Origin: Candidatus Kaiserbacteria bacterium
Lineage (GTDB): Bacteria; Patescibacteriota; Minisyncoccia; Phycocordibacterales; Phycocordibacteraceae
DNA length: 64,000 nt
Assembly: GCA_963699165.1 (NCBI GenBank)
Contig: OY969413.1
Location: 340,562-404,561 of the forward strand
Reading direction: 5' to 3'
Every line of letters begins with the position of its first letter. Within the stretch, counting starts at the first letter, position 1. The notes below the pieces were generated by a model. That model did not search any database and was not told where the DNA came from. It saw only the letters and a list, made by a program, of their open reading frames with translations. The translations under genes were made by a program, and so were the position numbers. Shown here piece by piece: positions 18,644 to 27,793 of the stretch.

Positions 18644-19375
18644 CTACTTCAGAAGCGCGTCGATTGCCGTTTTGAAATTCGCATACGGATACGCGCCTGC
18701 AATCATCTGAGTCCCGATCACGAACGACGGCGTCGCCGAGATGCCGAAATTCGCCGCCTCGTTTTTGTCTGCGTTAATCGCAGTATCGTATGCCGTCTGA
18801 TTCGCAGCAACGGCTGCCTTCACTGCGCTCAAGCTGATTCCGCTTACCGAGCCCGTCACTTTGTTGACAAACGTGAGATTGTCGGCCGCGCTCAAACTGT
18901 TTTCCTGCGGTTCCTGACTGAAGAGCGCGGTGCGCCATGCGCCAAATTGTGCCGGATACAACGCCCACACCGCGCGCGCGTATTCGGCATCAACCATTGA
19001 ATCGGGTCCGAGGAACGGAAAATCCTTGAAAACGATTTTCACTTTACCTGCCGCAACATAGTCCTGAACGATTTGCGGCAGTGTCGTGATTTCGAATTCT
19101 TTGCAGAACGGACACTGATAGTCGGACCATTCTGCGATGGTGACCGGCGCACTTGCCTGGCCGATGAACGGATTTCCGTCCGTCTTCACGTCTTTGATAT
19201 TGACGGCGACGGTCGGCTGCGTGCCTTGCTGTGTGCCGCCCTGTGCCGCCGCGCCGGAACCCGACGAGTGCGAACCGTTCCAAAGCACGGCGCCCGCTAT
19301 AAAAAGACAGCCGACGACGACTGCGATTGGTAAAAATTTGCCATTGCTTGAATCTGATGTTGTTTCGGTTGTCAT
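18644..19375 (-). CDS. DsbA-family thiol:disulfide oxidoreductase (membrane-anchored).
   Basis: CPFC active site and thioredoxin fold. Start set at MTTETTSD; the 435-aa ORF extension upstream runs antisense to the NUDIX gene. Confidence 0.8.
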   Translation of the reverse strand: MTTETTSDSSNGKFLPIAVVVGCLFIAGAVLWNGSHSSGSGAAAQGGTQQGTQPTVAVNIKDVKTDGNPFIGQASAPVTIAEWSDYQCPFCKEFEITTLPQIVQDYVAAGKVKIVFKDFPFLGPDSMVDAEYARAVWALYPAQFGAWRTALFSQEPQENSLSAADNLTFVNKVTGSVSGISLSAVKAAVAANQTAYDTAINADKNEAANFGISATPSFVIGTQMIAGAYPYANFKTAIDALLK

Positions 19376-19939
19376 ATGCGGGAAATGATACCATATACTC
19401 GGGACGTACAAGGGGGACATCGCATGAAAAAGGCAACATTGGCACTGATTATTCGCATGACAGGCGGGATTCTGGAAATCCTGCTCGGACTGAAGCGCGG
19501 CGGTCCGGAAATCGGCGAGGGTATGTATAACGGCCCGGGAGGAAAGCTGAATGAGGGAGAAACCCTGCCCGATTGCCTCGCGCGCGAAGTGGAAGAAGAA
19601 GTGGGCATTCGGCTCGACGCGTCGAAAGCGGTGAAAGTCGCAATCATCACTTTTCATCGGGAAGAAAAGGATTTCGAGGTTCACATATACCGCGTCGACG
19701 TCTCTGAAGGAGAGCCGCGCGAGACCGATAGCATGATTCCCCGCTGGTTTCCCGTCGACAAGATCCCGTGGGATCGCATGCACGCTTCCGATCGCGCATG
19801 GATGCCCGGATTGCTCGCCGGCAAAAAGTTCAATGCGCATGTGTACTATCGCATCGAGCTCTATCACAAGGACGGGAAAGAGATCAAAAAAGAGAGATTT
19901 GACCGGATTGAAATCTTTCTGTTCGAGGACCACGAGTAA
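19376..19939 (+). CDS. NUDIX hydrolase.
   Basis: Nudix box GGKLNEGETLPDCLAREVEEEVGI. The start may instead be MKKATLAL at 19424. Confidence 0.8.
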   Translation: MREMIPYTRDVQGGHRMKKATLALIIRMTGGILEILLGLKRGGPEIGEGMYNGPGGKLNEGETLPDCLAREVEEEVGIRLDASKAVKVAIITFHREEKDFEVHIYRVDVSEGEPRETDSMIPRWFPVDKIPWDRMHASDRAWMPGLLAGKKFNAHVYYRIELYHKDGKEIKKERFDRIEIFLFEDHE

Positions 19940-19986
19940 GCGGCCGCGCAAAACGCGGCCGCTTAACTATTGCACCCGCACGGCAT

Positions 19987-21057
19987 TTACTGATACTGAA
20001 TGTAAATCGGCGCAGGCGTAAGCCCTAAAATCTGCGCCATCGAAAGCATTCCGGTGGAAGGCGGCTTCACATCATTTTTGTAAAAAAGCTTCATGCCGGT
20101 AAATTGAACCGGCTCCGCGGCAATAACGTTTGTGTACGTTCCGATTTTCTTTGCTTGCGTTCCCCATCCGTCCTGATCCATGACAATCTGCACCTCCGGC
20201 AGCGGCTGAATTCTCCGGTAGTTCGTCACCATGTCTTCGGTAAACCGATGCACGATTAGAATTTTCGGCGGGAGATTATTTGCGCGCACAATCGCGGCCA
20301 AATGCTGCGCGGCGTAATTTATATCCGCGGCATCAAACGTGCCGATGACTCGGCCCGGCGGATTGCCGTATTTCATCGAAAATTCAGGGTCGATGGCGAG
20401 ATGCACCTGCGGCATCTTCAAATAATTATCGAGCATCGGCAATTCGTGCTGGAGCGTGCTTTGTCCGACCTGCACGTCGAGTATTACGATGCCGTTTACC
20501 TGCGCCGCCATGTGTATCGCAAGATCGATTTGGTCGTCCGGCATGCGGAGAATATATTTACCCTCTTTACCCGGACTTCCTTGTGCGACGACCGCAATGT
20601 ACTGAATGGCGGGTACAACCGGAGTCGAAGGGTCGGCCGCCGCCCAATCAGCAGATGCGTTCTTAAGCATTTGCAGCATTTGGTCCTGCGGATATTCGCC
20701 GAGCACGCCCATGCCTTTCGAATAAAAATTGCCGTAATACGCGACGACGCGCTTGAACGGCAAAATCGCTCCCGCATTCGGATACACCGTCTTCACCGGC
20801 CAACGGCGCAATGTCGTCGATGCAACCGCCCCGGTTGAAGTCGCCGCAGTCGTCCTGCTCAAATGCACATGCGCGAGCGCGAGCATCCGCGCGTCGTAAT
20901 CGGCCGTATCGAGCGGTGGAACCGCGGAGGTCAGCATTTTCGGCGTGCTCGAAGCGGCCGCGTCGTATTCGCTCCGGCCAAGGTCCGAGAAACCGAACGT
21001 GTAGACAATCACCGCCGCAACAACGGCAAGACAGGCGACCCGAAGGTATTTGGCCAT
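19987..21057 (-). CDS. Hypothetical membrane-anchored protein, possibly TIM-barrel glycoside-hydrolase-like.
   Basis: N-terminal TM. VVAYYGNFYS... pattern resembles GH-like/DUF4015 barrels. Low certainty. Confidence 0.35.
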   Translation of the reverse strand: MAKYLRVACLAVVAAVIVYTFGFSDLGRSEYDAAASSTPKMLTSAVPPLDTADYDARMLALAHVHLSRTTAATSTGAVASTTLRRWPVKTVYPNAGAILPFKRVVAYYGNFYSKGMGVLGEYPQDQMLQMLKNASADWAAADPSTPVVPAIQYIAVVAQGSPGKEGKYILRMPDDQIDLAIHMAAQVNGIVILDVQVGQSTLQHELPMLDNYLKMPQVHLAIDPEFSMKYGNPPGRVIGTFDAADINYAAQHLAAIVRANNLPPKILIVHRFTEDMVTNYRRIQPLPEVQIVMDQDGWGTQAKKIGTYTNVIAAEPVQFTGMKLFYKNDVKPPSTGMLSMAQILGLTPAPIYIQYQ

Positions 21058-21094
21058 GATTGCGGTATATTCTAGCTGAAATTTGCCCGCAGCG

Positions 21095-21337
21095 CTAAAC
21101 AATGAGCTTCAGCTTCTTTTCGCGCGTCAATCGTTTCAGAGCCGCCTCGCGAGCGCGAGCATCATGCAAGTTTGAAAATGTCTCCGAATACTTCAAAACG
21201 ACCGGCCGGCGTATTTTCGTATAATGCGCTCCTTGTTTGGAATGATTGTGCTCCCTGACCCGCTTTTCGAGATTGTTTGTGCAGCCGACATACAGAGACC
21301 TGTCGGCGCATTCGAGTATGTACACAAAATGAGGCAT
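21095..21337 (-). CDS. Small GIY-YIG nuclease-family protein.
   Basis: FVYILECADRSLYVGCTNNLEKRVREHN motif. Confidence 0.75.
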   Translation of the reverse strand: MPHFVYILECADRSLYVGCTNNLEKRVREHNHSKQGAHYTKIRRPVVLKYSETFSNLHDARAREAALKRLTREKKLKLIV

Positions 21338-21399
21338 CGCCTTAATTCTACATTGAGATATCCACTGATTTTTCATAAAGCGCATGGTACTGTCTTTTC

Positions 21400-22092
21400 A
21401 TGAATATCAAAGACAAGGTCGCGGTCATCACGGGCGCGTCGAAAGGCATCGGACTTGCAACGGCAAAGGAGCTTGCAAAACGCGGTGCAAAGGTTGTACT
21501 CGCGGCGCGATCGACCGCGGTATTGAAAAAACTTTCGGCCGAAATCCCCGATTCCCTCGCAATCGCTACCGACGTGTGCAAACCGAAAGACATCCGCAAC
21601 CTCGTTAGAAAAACACTCAAGACGTACGGTCGCATCGACATTTTCATAAACAACGCCGGACAGGGCTTGCGATCCCCGGTGGAATCAATCGACCTTGAAA
21701 ACTACAAAGCCATCATGGAGCTCAATGTGTTTGCAGTCGTACGCACAATGGAGGAAGTGATTCCGATTATGCGCAAACAGGGCGGCGGCATGATTATAAA
21801 CGTAAGCTCGATGGTCTCGAAAAATTATTATCCGGGACTTGCCGCGTACGCGTCCACCAAATACGCATTGAATGCCCTTTCATTTACCGCGCGCGTCGAA
21901 CTCGCGAAAGACGACATCGTCGTCAGCGTTTTCCATCCGAAAATGACCGCGACCGACTTCGGCGCAAACTCTCTCGGCGAAAAATATGATTCGTCCTCGG
22001 GTCGTCCCGGCATGGAAGTCGATACGGCCGAAGAAGTAGCGGAAAAAATCGCGGACCTTATCGAATCGGAGGAACCGGAAGCGCAGATGTGA
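21400..22092 (+). CDS. Short-chain dehydrogenase/reductase (SDR).
   Basis: TGASKGIGLATAKEL Rossmann motif, NNAG, YxxxK catalytic region. Confidence 0.85.
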   Translation: MNIKDKVAVITGASKGIGLATAKELAKRGAKVVLAARSTAVLKKLSAEIPDSLAIATDVCKPKDIRNLVRKTLKTYGRIDIFINNAGQGLRSPVESIDLENYKAIMELNVFAVVRTMEEVIPIMRKQGGGMIINVSSMVSKNYYPGLAAYASTKYALNALSFTARVELAKDDIVVSVFHPKMTATDFGANSLGEKYDSSSGRPGMEVDTAEEVAEKIADLIESEEPEAQM

Positions 22093-22214
22093 ATCGGCGC
22101 AAGCGTTTTCCACAGCGCCGATAGCACCCAAAGAGATTCGCGTGGTAGCTTGTTTAGATACGGACTTGATGTTCGTATAAAAACGCATCGCACATAAACA
22201 TAAGGAGAATGCAT

Positions 22215-22241
22215 ATGAAGTGCGCCTGCTGCAAGTGCTAG
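22215..22241 (+). other. 8-codon Cys-rich mini-ORF (MKCACCKC) with a good RBS.
   Basis: aaggaga 6 nt upstream. ATG AAG TGC GCC TGC TGC AAG TGC TAG. Immediately followed by a terminator. Confidence 0.3.
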
Positions 22242-22246
22242 AACCC

Positions 22247-22280
22247 CGGACGTCCGCAAGGACGTCCGACTTATTTTTTA
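22247..22280 (+). terminator. Rho-independent terminator.
   Basis: Hairpin cggacgtcc-gcaa-ggacgtccg followed by ttatttttta. Confidence 0.7.
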
Positions 22281-22344
22281 TATCAATGCTTGAAATAGAA
22301 AGCGTGTGATGATAAGAAAGGAGTTTCGCCTTCCTCACCACAAC

Positions 22345-22371
22345 GGGCGGCCTAATAAGCCGCCCGTTTTT
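22345..22371 (+). terminator. Rho-independent terminator.
   Basis: Hairpin gggcggc-ctaataa-gccgccc followed by gttttt. Confidence 0.7.
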
Positions 22372-22423
22372 CAATGGCTGCATAAGTTCAGATACATTTG
22401 GCAGTCCTCATAACCGAGGATAT

Positions 22424-23467
22424 ATGCGCATCAGAAGCAATTTCAGGGGTACGAAGGGCTGGTTGAGCATGTGGGAAAGGACGATACGATTGCGGCATAT
22501 GCGGAAACCAAAGGAAGTCGACAGACGGGTGAAGATATTGGGATTCTGGGACATGCACGGGACGGAGGCCACATACGACGCCTTTGGCACCTCGGAGCGC
22601 ACCTTGTATCGCTGGAAGGAGGAACTCAAAGCCCACGAGGGCCGCATTGATGCACTTGACCCGAAGAGCACTGCGCCGAAGGCGCGTCGAAGGAGGACTG
22701 TTCTGCCCGAGGTCGAGGATTTCATCATCCGCGAACGACAGGCGCATCCCCGGCTTGGGAAAGCAAAGCTTGCCGTTCTCCTGCGCGAAGAAGGGTACTC
22801 CGTGTCGGAGTCATACGTTGGGCGGGTCATTCTGGATTTGAAGAACCGCGGTCTGCTCCCGCAGCAGAGCCGGCTCTCGTTCCACGCACGTACGGGCAAT
22901 CACACGGAAACACCGCAGAAACGCCGTACCAAGCTTCGCCGCACCGGCAAGCGCGGCATGGAGCTCGATACCGTCGTCCGCTTCATCGACGGCGTGAAGC
23001 GGTACGTCCTCACGGCAGTGGACGTGGAGCGGAAGTTCGCCTTTGCGGGCGCGTATACGAACCACTCGTCGAGAAGCGCGGACGACTTCCTTCGCCGAGT
23101 CATCGAGGTCTGTCCCTTCGATATCGACGAGTTGCAGACCGACAACGGGAGCGAGTTCGCCAAACACTTCGAGGATGCCTGTGCCGAACTCGGGCTCACG
23201 CACTTTCACACCCGCCCCCGCACTCCCAAGATGAATGCCCACGTCGAACGATTCAATCGCACCGTCTCCGAGGACTTCATCATGCTGAATCGGGGCCTGC
23301 TGCGGGACGATATTCATTCCTTCAATCTGAAGCTTGTCGACTGGCTGATCTGGTACAACACCAAACGCCCGCACCAGTCGCTCGGCATGGTGTCCCCCTT
23401 GCGGTATATTGTGTGTACATTAACCGTCGGGGACTGCCAAAAGTACTGGACGCGTACACACAATTGA
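22424..23467 (+). CDS. IS481-family transposase.
   Basis: HTH followed by rve core (DNGSEF...HTRPRTPKMNAHVERFNRT). Confidence 0.8.
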   Translation: MRIRSNFRGTKGWLSMWERTIRLRHMRKPKEVDRRVKILGFWDMHGTEATYDAFGTSERTLYRWKEELKAHEGRIDALDPKSTAPKARRRRTVLPEVEDFIIRERQAHPRLGKAKLAVLLREEGYSVSESYVGRVILDLKNRGLLPQQSRLSFHARTGNHTETPQKRRTKLRRTGKRGMELDTVVRFIDGVKRYVLTAVDVERKFAFAGAYTNHSSRSADDFLRRVIEVCPFDIDELQTDNGSEFAKHFEDACAELGLTHFHTRPRTPKMNAHVERFNRTVSEDFIMLNRGLLRDDIHSFNLKLVDWLIWYNTKRPHQSLGMVSPLRYIVCTLTVGDCQKYWTRTHN

Positions 23468-23508
23468 CGATAATGCGTACGTACGTTACTGTCCGGCGGA
23501 GCTTGCAC

Positions 23509-24569
23509 GGCACCCAAACCCCTCAATTCGAACGACGGTTTTTTGCGCTCCTCTGAGCGCGTTGTTTCTTTTCCGCAGCATACGCCTCATCTGGCGTGAG
23601 TGAACCGAGCACATCCATGAAGCGGCGATTCATCTTTGCTTCGAGTTTCTGCACAAATCTTTTTGAATACTTTGAAATATCCGAGCTTTTCGGGATGTAC
23701 CGCCGCAAGTCCTTGTTCAGATTCTCGATTGATGGCTTCTCCCATGGCGCATGCACATGACAGAAATATATCTTCACCCCAAGCACCTTCTCTAGCCGTT
23801 TGTGTTCGAGAAAGAGAATATCGTTGTCGAATGTGATGGTCTGCATCTCGGGATACCGCTTTTTCATTCTGCGAAGCGCTCGCTCCACGTTTCGCACTGA
23901 CACTGGCAGGATCCGCTCCAGCAGGTTTTTGCGCACCCTGCGATCCCGCAGACCAAGAATGATGCCTTGACCGCTCTTGCCCGACACGATGAAGTCGCCC
24001 TCCATGTGACCCAATCCCCATCGCTTGTTGATTTTGCTCGGTCGTTTGTCGATCAGGCGCTTGTCGGCAATGTGTGGTTTCGATGGCCGAGAGCGTCGCC
24101 TCTTCTTGAATAACTTTGCTCGATGCGACTCGATCCGTCTGCCATACGGGCTCTTGATATATCGGCGTATAGCCGAGGATGAAGCATATCCGATATCCTT
24201 CTCGATCCGCTTCAATCGAAGTGAGATGTTTTCGGGCGACTGATCGTCGAAGAGATGCGCCTCGATGAACTTCCGGAGCTTCGGGTCGAGAGCAATCATC
24301 TTGCCGACCGCTCGGCTGTATTTCCTTCGTACGTATGAAATGTGATGCGCATATGCAGCATCATACGGCCGTCCCTTCCTCTTCTTTTGCGTCTCGTACC
24401 ATATGACACTCTTCGGTCGGTCGAGTGCATCTCCGACATCTTGCAAAGAGTATCCCTTCGCTAACAGTATCTGTATTTCGTCTCGTTCGGACCTTGTGAA
24501 GTGCGCACCGCCGGAGGTTTTTTCATTCGCTCAATGTATCAAACGTTCGAATTCAAAAGACTAGTCGCC
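23509..24569 (-). mobile_element. IS30-family insertion sequence, copy 2 (1061 bp), with no flanking target-site duplication.
   Basis: Collinear with copy 1 over the full 1061 bp with only a few substitutions. Flanks are cac / gag. Confidence 0.8.
23523..24446 (-). CDS. IS30-family transposase, copy 2.
   Basis: Differs from copy 1 by about three residues. Confidence 0.8.
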   Translation of the reverse strand: MQDVGDALDRPKSVIWYETQKKRKGRPYDAAYAHHISYVRRKYSRAVGKMIALDPKLRKFIEAHLFDDQSPENISLRLKRIEKDIGYASSSAIRRYIKSPYGRRIESHRAKLFKKRRRSRPSKPHIADKRLIDKRPSKINKRWGLGHMEGDFIVSGKSGQGIILGLRDRRVRKNLLERILPVSVRNVERALRRMKKRYPEMQTITFDNDILFLEHKRLEKVLGVKIYFCHVHAPWEKPSIENLNKDLRRYIPKSSDISKYSKRFVQKLEAKMNRRFMDVLGSLTPDEAYAAEKKQRAQRSAKNRRSN

Positions 24570-24990
24570 GAGCCACCCGAATATCGATTCGGGGCATCCG
24601 CTCCGGGCTCAGGGCACTCATTGTCGCTCATTACAAGTCGGCGTTGACCGGCGATGGTCTACGCCAAGGAGGAACGCCAGTGGGAACGAATCACAGTCCC
24701 CCGGGCACCGCGCCCCACTTGATGCAATATGATGCAATCACCGCCGGAGCGCAAGAGCGCGCGACGACGGTCACCGACGCGATCGCCGACAACTAGACCG
24801 GCGCCGAGCAGCGAACCGGTTAGGCCCAGAGGAGGGGCCAGATGTGACCCGATGTTGTAGTTAACATTTTACGGCGGGCGCTCCGAGATTCTCGGGCGCC
24901 CGCCCCCCGAACCTTCCCCGAAATCTCACTCTAGGCGTCGCTCACTGCGGCGCCTGTTTCTATTTATACTCGGACTTTCGCGTCAGATTT

Positions 24991-25326
24991 TTAATACAAC
25001 CTCCCGCCAAGTTGCGGGTTTCCTTTATCGGGGACAATCAAAATCACTTTCCCATTTTCGTCAGGTACGCCAAGCGTGAGTACTTCCGATTCAAAGGGGC
25101 CAATCCTTCGCGGCGGGAAATTCACGACGCCGAGCATAAGCTTTCCGACCAATTCGTCTTTGGTGTATAAATCGACAATTTGCGCAGAGGAATATTTGAT
25201 TCCGAGTTCTTCCCCGAAATCGATTTTGAGTTTATATGCGGGCTTTCGCGCTTCCGGAAAATCATTTACTTCGACTATCTTTCCGACGCGTATATCCAGT
25301 TTCTGAAAATCTTCGACCGTAGCCAT
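24991..25326 (-). CDS. tRNA-binding domain protein (CsaA/Trbp111/EMAP-like).
   Basis: MATVEDFQKLDIRVGKIVEV...KPAYKLKIDFGEELG matches the OB-fold tRNA-binding domain. Confidence 0.75.
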   Translation of the reverse strand: MATVEDFQKLDIRVGKIVEVNDFPEARKPAYKLKIDFGEELGIKYSSAQIVDLYTKDELVGKLMLGVVNFPPRRIGPFESEVLTLGVPDENGKVILIVPDKGNPQLGGRLY

Positions 25327-25329
25327 AGT

Positions 25330-25962
25330 TCAAATTGTCTGCGCAAAATAATCCGAAACGGCGACAGGTATCTCGTTTGGCGCTTCCACCAAACGGAACG
25401 GCTTGCCCTCCCGAAGGGTGTCCGGCGTCTGGAATCCCCACGTCACGGCAATTGAGTCCACATCCGCCCCTCGCGCTTCGCGAATATCGCCAAGCGTATC
25501 GGTGATGAAAATGCATTCGTCGTGCGTGACGCCGTATTTCTCGAAAACCATTTTTATTTTTTGCGTTTTGTTCCAATGCACATCCGAGCCCATAATCCAT
25601 TCAAAGTATCCCGCCAAATCGTGTGCGGCCAAAAACTCCGAAATGGCGTGCGAAAGCGTTGAAGAAATCACGGCGAGCGAATAATCTTTCTCAAGCGAAA
25701 TTATGACTTCGCGCATCCCGGGCACGATGTGCACCGCGCCTTTCATTCTTGCGGAATACTCCGAAATCGAATCGACCCCTTCCCGTTTTTTCGCGTTTCG
25801 CTTTGCCATCGCCTCTTTCCAATCATGGATATTGCCGTCAAATGCTTCGCGAAACTCGGCAATGGTCAAATCGGGATAGACCGACTTATATACGTTAAAA
25901 CCTACCTGAAAAGAATTTGCTATGACTCCGTCAAAATCAAAGAGTACGAATTTTTTTACCAT
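25330..25962 (-). CDS. HAD-superfamily hydrolase / phosphatase.
   Basis: FDFDGVIANS motif I plus motifs II-IV of HAD. Confidence 0.75.
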   Translation of the reverse strand: MVKKFVLFDFDGVIANSFQVGFNVYKSVYPDLTIAEFREAFDGNIHDWKEAMAKRNAKKREGVDSISEYSARMKGAVHIVPGMREVIISLEKDYSLAVISSTLSHAISEFLAAHDLAGYFEWIMGSDVHWNKTQKIKMVFEKYGVTHDECIFITDTLGDIREARGADVDSIAVTWGFQTPDTLREGKPFRLVEAPNEIPVAVSDYFAQTI

Positions 25963-26020
25963 GAATGAAGTATACCCGATGCTCTTTTACTTGGAAGCTT
26001 CGCTTCCAAGTAAATAAATA

Positions 26021-26344
26021 TCACTTGCTAAGAGACGTCACGATAACGAGGGCTATCGTCGCCAACGCAAGCACCCCTGTGGCCGTAGCTAAAATCCAAG
26101 TTGCACGAGTCAGAGCTTCTGCATGTTTATCTGCTGAATTCGATGCCTTATCAATTGCAGCAGACATTTCTTTTGTCGCTTCCTGTAGTGTCGCTTTGGC
26201 GTGATTTAAGGCCGTCGATGTTTTAGAGCCAGAATTGAATATAGCTACCGTAAGCTTATGGATGGCGCGGTTGATGCCAGTGCCGACAGTGCCACCGTTG
26301 GTATTTATATTTTCCCAATCATCGAGTTCCCAGTTATCAGACAT
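26021..26344 (-). CDS. Hypothetical protein with C-terminal TM helix.
   Basis: ORF only. Hydrophobic C-terminus. Confidence 0.35.
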   Translation of the reverse strand: MSDNWELDDWENINTNGGTVGTGINRAIHKLTVAIFNSGSKTSTALNHAKATLQEATKEMSAAIDKASNSADKHAEALTRATWILATATGVLALATIALVIVTSLSK

Positions 26345-26353
26345 GGCCTCAAA

Positions 26354-26719
26354 TTATTTTGCCGAGTTGCCTGTACACAAGTTCATATCGGACTCGTAAG
26401 TTTTGTAAAGCAACGCGAAATCTCCGGTTGGATTTGTTCCTAATTGAAGCATTCCGAACCCTGACGCGCTGGCGAAATCCGTAGTATCGCAAGAAGGTGA
26501 CGGCTGTTCTTTTTTACAGAGAGTTATAAAATCTCGGAGATACACATTCTGTGCGAGTTGCAAGCAAGTCTGTGCCTCAGCTTCGTACATCTTTTCCTTG
26601 CTTTGGATGAGCGATTGTACATTGCTTGTATTCGACGAACTTGAGGCCAAGAGAAAATGTCCGCCCAAAAAGCCGATGACCAAGGCGGCTATTCCCACGG
26701 CAGTAATTTTCATATTCAT
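26354..26719 (-). CDS. Hypothetical secreted/membrane-anchored protein.
   Basis: N-terminal signal/TM segment and conserved Cys pairs. Confidence 0.4.
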   Translation of the reverse strand: MNMKITAVGIAALVIGFLGGHFLLASSSSNTSNVQSLIQSKEKMYEAEAQTCLQLAQNVYLRDFITLCKKEQPSPSCDTTDFASASGFGMLQLGTNPTGDFALLYKTYESDMNLCTGNSAK

Positions 26720-26990
26720 GAGTTTATTGTATCGCTTTCACCCGCCTTGTAAACGACGTGTCTCGTGCGGGATAACCCACCTCAAACTGGCTGGGAGACA
26801 AGGACCGCGATTACGCTTATCGCTCCTTACAGGAGCAGTACACCTTAGGGAACGTCGTCGGTTTTACTTGGATAAAGCAAAACCGACGCGAATTCAAGCA
26901 AAAGAAAAGCTGCCCGTGCGGACAGCTTTTCTTGCAGTAATTCATCGTCGAAATCTGCTGATTTCGACGCGATTTTTACGCTTAAAAATC

Positions 26991-27065
26991 GGCTGGGGAG
27001 CTAGGGAACGATCCTAGAGTCTCCTGCTCCAAAGGCAGGCGTGTTACCAGTTACACCACTCCCCA
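26991..27065 (-). tRNA. tRNA-Gln (anticodon TTG).
   Basis: Reverse complement reads TGGGGAGTGGTGTAACTGGTAACACG-CCTGC-CTTTGGA-GCAGG...CTCCCCAGCC. This gives the U1-A72 acceptor pair, and a UGGGG...CCCCAGCC end architecture like E. coli tRNA-Gln. CCA is not encoded. T-loop atypical. Confidence 0.7.
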
Positions 27066-27738
27066 ATGACGCTACGATACCATATACCCAACCGTTGATT
27101 TTTCGATTCAGAATCGTGCTTGAATTCACTTTAATCCTTATGAGACCGTGATACAAGTCGGCTATATTTTTTCGATTCGTTTTTGGATTTCCCTTTTTGA
27201 AGTAGACTCTCTCGAGTTTGCCGTTGGGTATCGCTAACTCACGAGTCCACCAGCGCACAAAGGCAGGAGCATCGGTCTTCCTCGTCTCATGTACATATAA
27301 CTCCAAATAGATTTCAGATTGCGGAACCTTCATTTGCTCGAGCCATCGTAAAAACACCCGAATCATGCGCACGTCAGAATTGGCAAACATGATGCCCGTG
27401 CTTGGGGAATGCTCATATTGTTTCGAACCCTCTGCCCAATACAGCGCAATTCCGATTAACCAAAGTTCACGCTCTGAAAGATTGCCAATATCAACGACAC
27501 CGACTTGCTCAAACGAATGCGTTTCCAAAACTCGTGCGTCGTGCCGCGATTGCGCGCCTCGTAATCGCGCCGCAATACGCTTCTGCGTTATGCGTTGCTT
27601 TTGCGGCTTTGCGAGATGTACAGACTTTAACCATTCCGAGAGCGTCGACTTTGCAACGGGAATTTCTGACAAAATTTCAGAATACGTCCGTCCTAATTTT
27701 CGCAAAGCAATTGCTTTTTCTTTTTGTTTACTTTTCAC
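27001..27738 (-). CDS. HTH-domain protein with a possible degenerate LAGLIDADG-like motif. Its 3' end overlaps tRNA-Gln on the same strand.
   Basis: N-terminal HTH (KEKAIALRKLGRTYSEILSEIPVAKSTLSEWL). LWLIGIALYWAEGSK resembles LAGLIDADG/GxxDGEGS. The last ~21 codons are encoded by tRNA sequence. Confidence 0.4.
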   Translation of the reverse strand: MKSKQKEKAIALRKLGRTYSEILSEIPVAKSTLSEWLKSVHLAKPQKQRITQKRIAARLRGAQSRHDARVLETHSFEQVGVVDIGNLSERELWLIGIALYWAEGSKQYEHSPSTGIMFANSDVRMIRVFLRWLEQMKVPQSEIYLELYVHETRKTDAPAFVRWWTRELAIPNGKLERVYFKKGNPKTNRKNIADLYHGLIRIKVNSSTILNRKINGWVYGIVASLGSGVTGNTPAFGAGDSRIVP

Positions 27739-27793
27739 ACAGGTAGTATACCAGTACCAGTGCCGCTATTGATATTACTGATTGTGGAAAATC

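Noticed and set aside
18644-19951. 435-aa ORF call for the DsbA gene.
   Set aside because: The upstream 190 codons run antisense through the NUDIX gene. The thioredoxin domain and TM anchor begin at MTTETTSD (19375), so the gene was trimmed.
2452-23508. Composite transposon bounded by the two IS30 copies.
   Set aside because: The interval carries core housekeeping genes (uvrA, uvrB, tgt). Copy 2 lacks a TSD. The arrangement is more consistent with independent IS copies or rearrangement than with a mobile composite element.
26740-26900. Possible ncRNA between tRNA-Gln and the 26354-26719 gene (hairpin cgtcggtttt...aaaaccgacg and others).
   Set aside because: Best explained as terminators for the tRNA/HTH transcript plus the promoter of the downstream gene. 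No recognisable RNA family motif.
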